NCBI GenBank assembly: GCA_951406725.2
Contig: OX597822.1
Coordinates: forward strand, 82,708,001 to 82,772,000
Reading direction: 5' to 3'
Source of the DNA: Octopus vulgaris
Lineage: Eukaryota
Length of the DNA: 64,000 bases
Shown: positions 38,659 through 50,896 of the stretch, piece after piece
How positions within the stretch are numbered: the first letter of the stretch is position 1
Layout: the number at the start of each line of letters is the position of its first letter
Position numbers and translations under genes: made by a program
Notes under the pieces: model-generated
What the model was told of the DNA's origin: nothing
The model's input: the letters and a program-made list of their open reading frames with translations, nothing else
The model's database searches: none

Positions 38659-40283
38659 TAAGAAATAATTAACAACATAAAATCACAATTAGATAACGGA
38701 GGCAGATTCTCAGTACAGCAAGCATGCAGTGTTAAGTATTTCATGAAATTAAAAGAAAAATTTTTTGCTTTGCTTTTAATTTTACACTCAAAGTAAATGA
38801 AATGGAAGTTAAGAAAAGCATTTAACTTAAGACAAGTTTGGCCAAGGAAGAAGACTCTTGCCTCTTAACACACATGTAGTACATTGAATTTCAGTAATGT
38901 AGCTTCAGATGTCAGAACAAAGCTGGGATCAGTGGTCTTATGGTAGGCCCACAAAAGAGAAGAAAAAGGTGAAGATACAAAAAAAAAAAAGCATTGTGCA
39001 GCATCTAGCAATTTAGCAGCTGACTGCTCAAAGTAAAGTAGTTTGTCCTGGTTTCTATCCCTACTGTAGTTGCATCTGCTGGCCCAGGTATCAGTTGGCA
39101 GCACTGCCTATTGCAATTTTATCAGGGCTAGGCAGTCATTTATGTCATGTTGTCATAGCTTTGGTCTTGCCTTAAGAATCTTTGATCCCTGCTTATATTG
39201 TCTTGACACAAGAGGATACATTACCAAAATTTAATGTAACATACTGTGTTAACAGATATAATTCTTGCTTAGCCAAACTTTTATTGAATTAAACTATCTT
39301 TTGTTTCTTTTACTTAGAGTGTAAAATTATAAACAAAAAAGAACAATTTGTCTTTTTAATTTCACCTATACTTCATCTGTCCATCCCATCTATGCTTGCT
39401 ACAGTGTCAGCCTCTTTCTATTATATTGTGATTTTGTTTTGTCTGCTATTAAGATGTTTTCTCATTAACTTCAAGTGTGTGTGCATGCATTTTTTCCTGA
39501 ATTCTCTGCTACTTTAGTGATTTAAGTGTGCATTAACCCATGTGAAGCAATGGCATCTTCCAGCACCCTACAAACCCCAGATGCTCACCCAACTTGTCTC
39601 GATATACTTTGTTAATGCATCTTTGTGCAGTTACCCACACTTGTGTGGAACTAAATACTGCAATAAATGAAATTCTTAACATGGAATATGACTATAAGAC
39701 ATAACTGGGTGTTGTGGGAAGAATAATTTTACTTTTAGAAGTAAATCAATTCTGGATTCCCTATATGTAATAAAATAATGTAAAAATGAAATTGGACAAT
39801 GTAATTTTGAAAATTTAATATTAAAATACAATATTAATTTCATCAGCACTGTAAGACAGCAGGATGTCAAAAAAAAAGGAAGAAAAATTGTCCTTAAGCT
39901 GAGATTTGTAACTCAATTCATGCCAGCAGTCCAACCCATGTTAGTATAGAAATATTAAGCAGTTATGGTATTGATGATGATTATGGCATGCCTTTAAGAC
40001 AGTTACAGACTTAGAAACAAATCTGAGAACATATGCTGTAAAGATACAAGATAATGCATGGCCATTATCTAAATATAGAGAGTTAAAAGAAAGAATACAT
40101 TGTTAACACTGTGGACACTGCTGGATTGAATTGTACTGCCCAGGTGTCAAAACCATAGTGATATCCATTTGGGCAGCTGATGATGGGAATGCACGTATGT
40201 TATGCTCAATTGTGAATTTCTTATATCTTAGTTTCCTTCATTCTTGCAAGGTGGAAAGTGTTTATGGATTCATAATTCATAAT

Positions 40284-40688
40284 AGGCGCAGGAGTGGCTG
40301 TGTGGTAAGTAGCTGGCTAACCAACCGCATGCTTCCGAGTTCAGTCCCACTGCGTGGCATCTTGGGCAAGTGTCTTCTGCTATAGCCTCGGGCCGACCAA
40401 AGCCTTGTGAGTGGATTTGGTAGACAGAAACTGAAAGAAGCCTGTCGTATATATGTATATATATATATGTGCATGTGTGTGTATATGTTTGTCTGTGCTT
40501 GTCCCTCTAGCATTGCTTGACAACCGATGCTGGTGTGTTTACGTCCCCGTCACTTAGCAGTTCGGCAAAAGAGACCGATAGAATAAGTACTGGGCTTACA
40601 AAGAATAAGTCCCGGGGTCGATTTGCTCGATTAAAGGCGGTGCTCCAGCATGGCCGCAGTCAAATGACTGAAACAAGTAAACGAGTAG
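40284..40688 (+). mobile_element. Full-length young CORE-type SINE (Octopus OR-like)
   Basis: A-box TGGCTGTGTGG, B-box GAGTTCAGTCCC, core CTTGGGCAAGTGTCTTCT, internal (TA)/(TG) tract, tail GGCCGCAGTCAAATGACTGAAACAAGTAAA; CpGs intact. Confidence 0.92.
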
Positions 40689-40998
40689 TAGGGATCACTT
40701 ACTTTGCTATTATTTGGCCTTGTTCACAGCTAACCTAATTAGGCCTGAATAATACTTAGATATTGATGTCTAATTTTGGAATGCTCTGTGGTATAATGTA
40801 ACCCATGATAGACTGTTTGGGACATATACTAACAGGATGATCACAGTTTAAATACATTCAGTAATAAGTTTGCTCAATCAGTGCTGACCTGGGGCTAAAC
40901 AACAACATTCTACATGTAATTTACTGTATGAAATCCACTCCATCTCTAAATTTCGTCTTGAAATCTATTAATGATTGTTGAACACTGTCCTTTGATGC

Positions 40999-41213
40999 TT
41001 AACCCTTTAGCACTCAGATTAATCGGTCAGATGTTCAGCTTATTTATTCACATTGTTTTGATTTAATCATGCATTATCTTGTAGCTCCAAGATTTTGATG
41101 ATGTGACTGTTTATAATTTAGAATGACATCACAGGCCAGATCTGGCCAATTTGAACATAAAACAGGTAGAATATTTGGGCTGGATATGGCCAGGTTAAAT
41201 GCTAAAACGTTAA
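40999..41213. mobile_element. piggyBac MITE, second family
   Basis: TTAA-CCCTTTAGCA ... TGCTAAAACG-TTAA. Confidence 0.75.
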
Positions 41214-41640
41214 ACTTAGCCCAGTTGGATGTTTTCTCTTATTTTTAACTCTGTGTCAGTATGGTAGCAAAATACTATTTTAAGATAACAGGATATGATT
41301 TGAGAGATATATAACTGCTGTTTCTAGCATGTCAAATGAATTCATGGATGTTGACACTTAAATTTTTTGGCTTCTTGGTTTGTTGACACTTAAATTTTTT
41401 GGTGTCGTTATTTTTGTGTACACACACACACACACATATCCATTATTCTTGTCCAAGGTGAGTAAGACAAGTTGTAATGTTCAGGGGTGCAGTAATGTAT
41501 GTGTCTGGGTGTTTGCAAATGGCTTTTCATATAAGTTTCAGGGATTGTGTAGGTTGAGATATGCTGTAACCATGAGTTGTGTCCCTCACATGGCCAAGTG
41601 TCTTTTCAATTCTAGTATTTTTTATTTGTTACAAAGCTTA

Positions 41641-42725
41641 TTAACCCTTTTCGTTACTATATTTCTGACCAAAATACACCCCTTATGTGTTTCAATTAAT
41701 TTCTAACATAATCATAAATTTAGTCTGGTTTCATTAAACAACTATAACTTTTTTATTTATCAATATATTAACGTGAATTTTGGAAGATAATTTAATGAAA
41801 TGTTCTCAACCAATTCTATACTATAATTTTTGTCACAAAGTGACTCTAATTGCAGGTAGATACAGGTAAATTCAACAAAATATTAAATTATTAAAATTTT
41901 GTTCAAACATCGCTATAGAAAATGGGTTATTAGCTAATATTCAATTGGGTATACAACAAAATTTTACGATAGAATTTGTTATTCTGGGTAACTTTCTGAT
42001 ACCCATAATAATATTTATGGCAAAATAGGCCTTAATTTCATTTAAGGTTATGGGAAACCACTATCTATCCTTTCTTTCACTTTGTTTGCATTTAGCGTAA
42101 CAGTTCGTTTCCGCCGTAATGATTTCAAATAGGCTCATTCGAAAAAGTAAAAAGAAATAGTCTAAGGCTTTACTCTTCTGGGAAAGTCTGTGGCTTGGTC
42201 CAGTTTCTTCAGAAAAATGCCGAAAGAAACAGTTTTTAAATTTTCACTCCATTCAGGTGCCAATTCATTTTCTTTATCGCTGTCGGAGCTCTTGGATTCA
42301 CTGTTTTCACTTTCGGAAAATGAAACATCAGATTCATTATCAAATACCACATGCTTTTTTTTTCAGTCATAGAGTTAGATTTATGAAGGTTTTCAGTAGA
42401 AAATCCTTCGAATTCTGACTCGCTGCTTGATATAATAAAATTCGTATCCATTTTTTGTCAGAATTACAAATTTTGAAAACACAATAGGAACAAATTTCGG
42501 AAAAACATCTCCCAAAATTCACGGAATTAAAATTACACTTCGATTGTTGTACAAAACTGTAGTTGAACTGTTTACGAAGTATAATACGTGTTTTCACGAA
42601 TGTACTAAAGAGATTTGCTCTGATATTCTCATTTAAATATGAATAGGTAAATACGGGCGGGTTTGGGCACATTAACCAAAATTTTTTTCGGGCGGCTTTG
42701 GGCGGTTTGGTAACGAAAGGGTTAA
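41641..42725 (-). mobile_element. Internally deleted piggyBac transposon
   Basis: TTAA-CCCTTTTCGTTAC ... GTAACGAAAGGG-TTAA; retains the transposase 5' part; CpG-rich, so probably young. Confidence 0.92.
41970..42451 (-). pseudogene. piggyBac transposase N-terminal fragment (frameshifted, no DDD domain)
   Basis: Acidic Ser-rich N-terminus, then W..., FSEETGPSH...ALDYFFLLF...IITAETNCYAK...*WFPITLNEIKAYFAINIIMGIRKLP, typical PGBD motifs. Confidence 0.85.
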
Positions 42726-42727
42726 AG

Positions 42728-43114
42728 TCACAATTGTAGCTATGTGATTAAGAAGTTTGCTTGGTTCAGTTCTACCGCATGGCACCTTGGGCAAGTGTCT
42801 TTTGTATAACCCCAAGCTGACCAAAGCCTTGTGACTGGATTTGGTTGGTAGAAACTGAAAGAAGCCCCTCTGTGTGTGTGTGTGTGTGTGTGTGTGTATT
42901 TGTGTTTCCTTGTCTTGCCATCACATGATTGTTGTAAATGAATACCATTCATTTCCAATACTCTACAAAAACATTTGACCATGGGGAAATGTTACCTTGC
43001 CTGGAAACAAGTGTGAGTTGGTGACAGAAAGGGCATCCAGTTGTAGAAAATCTGCCTCAGTAAGCCCCTGACCCATGCAAGCATGCAAAAGTGAATGTTA
43101 AAATGATGATGATG
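42728..43114 (+). mobile_element. CORE-type SINE with an RTE-derived 3' tail
   Basis: Same architecture as 31393-31768; ends CCCATGCAAGCATG...ATGATGATGATG. Confidence 0.85.
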
Positions 43115-44839
43115 TATTCTCTGTGTGCTCTTTGTACCACCTGTAAAGATGTGTAGTCTGCTATTTCTAGAAGTCTATTGTGGTTTGTTGTATAGAGATT
43201 GGAAACCCGCACAGGACTAGCATAACAGTGAATCTAATGTAATGTTTACACAGCATTGTTATATTTTTGTTGGCCAAAAGCATTACCTGCAATTGCTCAA
43301 AGAATGTATGTGTATTGTTTTGTTTTCTTTGCTATGTCATTTGGGTGTGTTGTGAATTTTGTGGAAGAGTTTTCTGTAACTCCTTACATTTTTTTTTTAT
43401 CTTGTACATCCAACCCATGTCAGCATGGACAACAGATATTAAATGATGATGAGTCTGTGTGGTATGTTTATATTGCTGAGTATGATGGTTGGTTTTATTT
43501 GCTCTCTTCAAGTATTGTTGGTGAGAAGCAAGACTGTGAATTTGCCCAGTGCTACTTCATATTTGTTGTTGTGGAGCTAAATTTGCTGCTGAGTGATTCA
43601 AATAGGGATTTGGCAAAGTGGTGCCTTGAGGGGGTGTGGTCATTTGCATATGAGGCTGTCCTGTATGTTATATGGAGGTGTGAGCAGGTGGTGTAAATAA
43701 AGGCTGAAAAGAGTGAAAGGACAGATCTCTGGTTCTCTTTTTGGGACTGTAGCTTCTGGAAGTGTTTTTCTTGTATACTAACTACATTGTTATGCTGGCC
43801 TGACAAGTTGTTTGCTAGTCAGTGTTTTGCGATTGTTCTGTCTTCAGAATGGTTAAAATATTCAGGATAAATTTATCCTTGATACAATATGCCAGGAAAG
43901 ATGATGAAATGGTTGTGGCTGTAATGCCAGTCGACAGCTGGACACTATTGATATTATAGATTAATGTTTGTATTGGAGATAAAAATAGAAGCTATAACAT
44001 TTTTCATTTCTATATTTTTATGCACATTTCTACTTAAATGAGACTGTTCTTCTTAGACTGTATGTAAATTTAAATTACTTCCACTTCTCTCTCTCCCCAC
44101 ACACACACAACTAATGAACTATGACCAAAAAAGCAATAACTGGTGAAAAGCCTTCATATATCTTCTCTCTTTGCTAAAATTTTCTTTCTCTCTCTATGTA
44201 GCAAAATATAGTATACCATATTTGATAGCATAAAAGTTAGATGGGCACCCCAATTTAAGTGCATTAGAGCTTATAAAAGGCTTAACTTTGCATATAGACT
44301 CCAGGCTGGTTCTTTTTTTTTTTTTTCTTGAAAAGTGCCATCTTGTATGCCATTGAATACAGTAATAAGAAATGCTCAATTACCTTATTCTGATGAGATT
44401 CAAGTAAATTTGAAATAGCTATATATGAGTTGTTAAATTTGAATATTGAAGACTATACTTGGAATAGGAAAATGAATATTCCATTTATATGGTATACTTG
44501 ATCTTATCAAACTCAAATTTGCTTCAATTATGGGGAAAAAAACTAAATAATATTGACTTTTCACAAGACAGTTAGTTCTCTTCCATACAATGACCCAACC
44601 AATAAAACAACAGCTTGCTATTTAAGATGTAATTATAGGAAGCCTAGTAAACTATAATCTTTAACTTAGCTCATCCCATGCACAACAATAATCTCAATAA
44701 GCTGAATCAAATGTTTACAAAATCGATGCCCCCTCCATTATGGCAAGACCCCTGTTTTTGCCTATCTGTCTTTGTCACACTAAACTTTCATCCTCTCAAG
44801 TTTCTCTCCTCAAATGCCCCCGCCCCTCATAATTCCTTG

Positions 44840-45156
44840 TCATGCAAGTTACTTGATGACTCTGCCAGTGTTGGTGCCACGTAAAAAGTATCCAGTCCAC
44901 ACTGTAAAGTGGTTGGCATTTGGAAGGGCATCCAGCTGTAAAAATCATGCCAAAACTAACCTCAGCTGTGCTGGTGTCACGTAAAAGGCATTGAGTCCAC
45001 TCTGCAGATTGGTTGGTGTTAGGAAGAGCATCCAGTCGAAAAAACCCTACCAAAGCAGAAATAGTAGCCTAGGGTAGTTTTCTACCTGGCTGGCTCCTGC
45101 CAGCAGTCTTACCCATGCATGCATGGCAGACTGATGTTAAACAATTATGATGATGA
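44840..45156 (+). mobile_element. RTE 3' tail with a duplicated UTR module
   Basis: Two tandem GGTGYCACGTAAAA...GGTTGG...GGAAGRGCATCCAG modules, then CCATGCATGCATGG and ATGATGATG. Confidence 0.8.
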
Positions 45157-45204
45157 ATTGAGATATTATTTTTTATATTGTGCATTTTGTGGACAATATA
45201 ATGC

Positions 45205-45495
45205 TATGGGTGCATGGCCTAATGGTTAGGGTATTGCACTCATGATTGCTAGATCATGAGTTCAATTCCCAGGCCAGGCTGTGCATTTTTCTTGAGCAAA
45301 ACACTTTATCTCATGTTCTTCCAATCCACTTGGCCATAAATAGGTAACTCTGTGATGGAATATTCTTCTGATCAAGTGTAATGTTGGCCTGCTCGCCTGG
45401 CCAGTGGGGTGGTGTCATTCAAAACTAAAACATTGCAAAGTACATTGTGACCAGCAATGTATAACAACATCTAAAAGTCTGGTCAGTACCGTCAT
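45205..45495 (+). mobile_element. Chimeric tRNA-derived SINE
   Basis: Head like 8041/10650, tail like 9541-9650. Confidence 0.7.
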
Positions 45496-46142
45496 AATGA
45501 TAAAGGTATCCATTGGGCCAGTCACTGATTCACAGCTTTCCAGTAGCAAAAGAAAACGAGAGCATCTATGCAACTGAAGCAAAATACACATCGCAAGGTG
45601 CTTAAATGTTTATAAGTTTTCTCACCAATTTGTATCTTATGCTCACACACACAGAATTTGCCCACCAAATTTCACATTTCACTCACAAGGCATTAGTTAA
45701 CTCTTAGCTATGATCCAATGTACTTAACCAAGGTACCATGAACTAGGATGAAACCTGGAGCTATGCAGTTGCAAAGCAAACTTTTTGACTACAGAACAAT
45801 GGTCGTTCTCATAAAAGCATCAAAGTTAGTGTGACTTTATGAACCTAACAATTTTGGTTTTAAAATTACTTCTTTCTTCAATTCTTTTTTTTTTTTTTAA
45901 TGTTAGAGGACAGGTTATAGCCAACCTAAATGATTTCAGTGTATTTATTATCAACTCATTGAACTCAAATGGAAAATTAGATCAAATGAATGCAACAAAT
46001 TCTAGATTTCTTCACAAACTAATTTCATGAATAAACAGTTAAGATTTTCAGTATAAAATATTAGACATTATAAAGACCAGAAGGAACTGCCTTGTGTTTT
46101 CCTATCTCAGTGGTGCTTATAATACTTAATATCAGTTCACAG

Positions 46143-46528
46143 ATGCAGGCATGGCTGTGTGGTAAGAAGTTTGCATCCCAACCATATGGTTCTGGGTTCA
46201 GTTCCACTGCGTGGCTCCTTGGACAAGTGTTTTCTGCTATATCCTTGGGCCAGCCAAAACCTTGTGAGTGGATTTGGTAGATGGAAACTGAAAGAAGCCC
46301 ATCGTATATATGTATATATATGTTTGAGTTGTCCCCCCCACCATTGCTTGACAGCCAATGTTGGTGTGTTTACGTCCCTGTAACTTAGCGGTTTGGCAAA
46401 AGAGACCAATAGAATAAGTACCAGGCTTACAAAGAATAAGTCCTGGAGTTGATTTGCTCGACTAAAGAAGTTGCTCCAGCATGGCCACAGTCAAATGACT
46501 GGAACAAGTGAAAGAATAAAAGAAAGAA
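46143..46528 (+). mobile_element. Full-length CORE-type SINE
   Basis: Colinear with 40284-40688. Confidence 0.92.
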
Positions 46529-46938
46529 TATTTCTTTAGTAGATTCTAAAATATTCCTGCAGCAACAGAGTTAAGATACATTATTATGCTACTTCATAAT
46601 CTATTGTCTGTTGCTGCAATGAAATGCATACTTCTGCAGCATCGGTTAAAGAACATAAAATTGCAATGAAACAATAATAATTATTTATGACATAGGAACA
46701 AGACCAGAAATCTTGTGGGGAGGAGAACAGTCAATTGCATTAATCCAGTACTTGACTGGCACTTTTATATTGACCCCACCTGATAGGATGAAATTTATAG
46801 CTGACTGTGGTAGGATTTGAACATAGATATTAAAGAGCTTTAACAAATACTGCATGGAATTTCATCATTTGTGCTAATAATTGTACCAATCCACCACAAT
46901 AATAATAATAATAATAATAATAATCCTTTCTACTAAAG

Positions 46939-47434
46939 CATAGGTGGGAAACTTTTTAGTGCAGTGGGCAAAAATTTCCAGTGAAAAAGGTCCGCGGGCA
47001 GACCACAAGTTCTAATTCTTATATCTGTATAAATCTTGTATATATCTATGTATAATTCAATATACATTAAATTACACATCTTCATTAACACCACCACTGG
47101 ATTTAGGACATTTATATTACTTATGCAGTATTTTATATTTTTCGGCTAGTGTAGTTGGGTCTCAAGGGGGTGGTACAAACCTAGCAATATATGTTTTATA
47201 GTGAAAACAAAATTTCCAATCAAATGGCAATTACTTGATGATTTCTGTTCGAGTCTAACCGTTTTAAGCCGTAGTGGAAATGTGACCTATGTTGCAAATA
47301 GGCATATGAATATTGTTTAAATTTTATAATTGAAAAATTTACATTTTGCACATATGAATATATTGGCCTGTGGGTGCAATAAAATGTGCTCGCAGGTGCA
47401 ATTGCACCCATGTGTGGAGGTTTCCCCACTCCTG
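46939..47434. mobile_element. hAT MITE nested in a SINE
   Basis: 8-bp TSD TACTAAAG at 46931-46938 and 47435-47442; imperfect TIR CATAGGTGGGAAACT ... AGGTTTCCCCACTCCTG. Confidence 0.8.
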
Positions 47435-47972
47435 TACTAAAGGCACAAGGCCTGAAATTTACCGGGAGGGAACTAGTCGATTACATCGACCCCAGTACTC
47501 CACTGGTACTTAATTCATCAATCCTGAAAGGACAAAAGACTATCGGAGAATACGCTTGCCCAAGGTATCACATTGTGGGACTAAACCTGGAATCTTGTAG
47601 TCGGGAAGCAAAATTCTCAACCACACAGCCCTCTATATTTGTAGTCCTAGAGCTCAAAAGAAAACTATACTTTACTATAATTTGAGAAAAACAAAAAATA
47701 ATATTTCACAAATGAAGCCTCTTGGGACATTTATTCTATGTTAGTTTAGACAATCTCTTATCAGTCTTATTGTCAGAAATGCAGTGAACCAGTAGATGGG
47801 TTTTGGGAATCTGTGACTGATAACACTATTGTTTGCTATCTGCAAAATAAACAAATGAAATACTAAATGATTGGATAAATGGATTATCTTAGTGGTCTGA
47901 CTATGTATATATTTTATGCAAAAATTTCAAACTACAGCATTGAATTTTAAGGTGTGTGTGTGTGTGTATTTT

Positions 47973-49218
47973 TTAGGTTGGCAAGAAAGTAATTTCGTTT
48001 TTCACAAGTAGATAGTAAAGAATTTTTTTAATGAGTTTGTCAATGTTATGATTTTTTTTCTTTTTGACGTTTGATAGCTGTTACTTTTAACTTACATTAG
48101 AAGCAAATTGCGTGTAATTTTGTTTACAACTGTTCAGTGTTGGTTTTAACATGGAGTGCAAAAACGAACATTTTTGCCATATTTTGCTTTTTTATTTCCA
48201 TAAAAGCAAGAAAGCTGCTGAGGCTCACAAAGAAATATGTGAAGTTTATGGTGTTAACAGAGTGCAAAACTTTCCGTTCTGGAGATTTTTCACTCAAACA
48301 TGACCAACATTCTGGTTGTCCTACTGACGTTGATGATGACTGAATTAAAGCCATAATTGAATCTGATTGTCATATAACTGTGCAAGCGACTGCAGAGAGA
48401 TTAAATGTGTCACACATGACAATTGGAAGTCACTTAAAATATCTTAGATTCGTTAAGAAGCTTGATATTTGGGTTCTATATAAATTGAAAGGGATTCACT
48501 TAATACAATGAATCAATATTTGCAATATGCATTTCAAATGCAATGAAATCAACCTTTTTTTTAAACGAATCGTAATTGATAATGAAAAATGGATTGTCTA
48601 CAGTAAGCAATCTTAGTCCAAGCATAATGAACCAACACAAACCACATTGAAAGTTGAATTGCATGAAAAAAGGTAGGTCATGCTGTCAATTTGGTGGGAT
48701 TGCAAAAGTGCTGTGTAGTTTGAACTGCTTCCAAGGAGCCAAATGATCATTTCAGTTGTTTACTGTCAACAACTGATGAAACTGGAGGAAGCAATCAAAG
48801 AAAAACAGCCAGAATTGGCAAATTAGAAAAGGAATCATGTTCCACCGTGGCAACGCTAGACCACATATGACTTTGCTAACTCAGGAAAAATTATTGGTGC
48901 TTGGTTGGAAAGTGGTGTCATTTCCACCATATAGCCTTCAACTTGCACCACCAGATTACTATTTATTTTGAAGTTTGCAAAATTCTTTGAATGGTAAAAC
49001 TTTCGATAATGATGATGGCCTGAAATCACACTTGCTTTGTGTTTTTGGCTGATAAGGACTGAGTTCTAGAGCATGGAATCATGAAGTTGCCAGAAAGATG
49101 GCAAAAGGTCATCAAACAAAATGGAAAATATATGATTGATTAAAGTTCATTCTTTGTATGAAAAAAAATTACTTTTATTTCACGCTAAAAAGCTGAAATT
49201 ACTTTCTTGCCAACCCAA
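47973..49218 (+). mobile_element. Full-length decayed mariner element
   Basis: TIRs TTAGGTTGGCAAGAAAGTAATTTC / GAAATTACTTTCTTGCCAACCCAA, about 1.25 kb. Confidence 0.93.
48152..49143 (+). pseudogene. Mariner transposase pseudogene
   Basis: MECKNEHFCHILLFYFHKSKKAAEAHKEICEVYG, IWVLYKL (WVPHEL), DNEKWIVY, FHRGNARPH, PPYSLQLAPPDYYLF (YSPDLAP); multiple stops and frameshifts. Confidence 0.9.
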
Positions 49219-49224
49219 TATATA

Positions 49225-49541
49225 TATAAATAAGGGCAAAAGAAAAAAATTCCTATGCCAAGTACTTATGTGTACTCACAGCTTTGTGTATGCTTGTTCT
49301 ATATGTGCAAGTAAGTATTTCATTTATTTCTTAACGTATTTACTGCTGATGATGAGAGAATTCTTTATGAATTAACTCAGAAATCGGGCCGATCCGGTGA
49401 TAACAGAATTTTTTTAGAAATTTCTGTCAGCTTACTTCGAGACGTGCGCTTTTAGTGATGAATTATATGTGGTTATTGATGATTTAAAGTCTTTCTCGGC
49501 ATATTTGGCATAGGAATTTTTTCCATTTGCCCTTATTTATA
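49225..49541. mobile_element. MITE with ~40-bp inverted ends, superfamily unclear
   Basis: TATAAATAAGGGCAAAAGAAAAAAATTCCTATGCCAAGTA ... TATTTGGCATAGGAATTTTTTCCATTTGCCCTTATTTATA. Confidence 0.75.
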
Positions 49542-50076
49542 AGCTGTTTATAATTTTCACCTTAAAAGGTACTTTTTAATATGCTGGCCACTGATAAATT
49601 TTTTTGAAAGTTTTATCCTATATTAGATGTGTATATATATAAGGGTATTCTGGTGTAGAAACAATGCCGAAGCAGACAACAGAGCCTCGTGCAGTTCTCT
49701 GGTTTGCCACTCCTGTCAAACCATCCAATCCATGACAGCATGGAAAACAAACCTTAAATGATGGTGTGTGTAGAATTGTTTTAATATGAACTTAGTTTTG
49801 ACTGAATCTAATGAAAGAAATTTGAAAATAAAATCATCTTTTTGCATTTATGCGGATTGAATTAACAAGTCATATAGAAATGTGGTACCATTGCTATCCA
49901 GTGCTGCAAATAAAGGTTTGATTAATTCAGTACTAAATCAGATACATGTAAAATGGTCCATTGAAACCATTTCACTCACAAGGTTACAATGGTCCATTGA
50001 AACCAGCATAATATTAGTGCAATATTTTGTTTATTTCATCAGCTTAGACTTGGAGAGTTTAAAGAGTTAAAACAAG

Positions 50077-50525
50077 CATCATCATCATTTAATGTCCATT
50101 GTCCAGCTGGCATGAGTTGAACAGTTTGACCAGGGCTGGTAAGCTGGAAGACTGCACAAGACTCCCATCTGATTTGACATGGTTTCTATGGCTGGATGCC
50201 CTTCCTAACGCCAACCACTCCAAGAGTGTAATGGGTGCTTTAACATGCCACTTGTACATCACCAGTATCTGCCATGATTGATTTTACTTGGCTTGATGGG
50301 TCTTCTTCTCAAACACAATGTAATGCCAAAGGTCTGTCATTTGTCATTGCTTCTGTGAGGTGAAATACTCAAGAGGAGCTTTTAGCATGCCACTGCCTCC
50401 ATGGGGCCCAATGCTCAAAAGGTACTTTTTACATGCCACTGACACGGGTGCCAGTTTCATGACACCAGCATCAGCCATGCCTACAATTTCACTTGGCTTG
50501 ACAGGTCTTCTCATGCACAGCATGA
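50077..50525 (-). mobile_element. RTE 3' tail / RTE-derived element
   Basis: (CAT)n, GGCTGGATGCCCTTCCTAACGCCAACCACTC and repeated ACATGCCAC modules; homologous to 10089-10382. Confidence 0.85.
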
Positions 50526-50896
50526 GGTTTCTCAGTTGCAGTGAAAACACTACATTTAGGAAATCGGGCATTCCTAACAGTATTCAGAAGAGGTTCCACC
50601 CTAGCCATAAAAACCGTTGCTTTTATGATTTGAACAGAGCCTGTATCAATGGCTTATGTGGACCTGTTGGGGCCAAAGCAAATAATGAAGTGAAGTGTTC
50701 CCTTAAATAGTTGCAAGTTGTCAGCTGCTGGAAAATCATGGGCAACATCTATATTCTGAAAGGAAAGACCAAGCATAATAGTTAATGCATGGATGAGTGA
50801 ATATGTTATGATTGATGAGAGAAGGTGAGAGAAATAAGTTAGAGCTGTGTGATTAGTGGTGATATCAAACCAACCAGCTCAGACAAGTATGAGGTA

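Noticed and set aside
40284-40360. tRNA gene
   Set aside because: A and B boxes belong to a SINE head; no cloverleaf, and it continues into the CORE domain.
41350-41402. Short direct duplications (also near 49952-50005 and 55776-55867)
   Set aside because: Ordinary slippage or repair duplications with no further structure.
49455-49596. Box C/D snoRNA (GTGATGA ... CTGA)
   Set aside because: No terminal stem, and the span crosses a MITE boundary.
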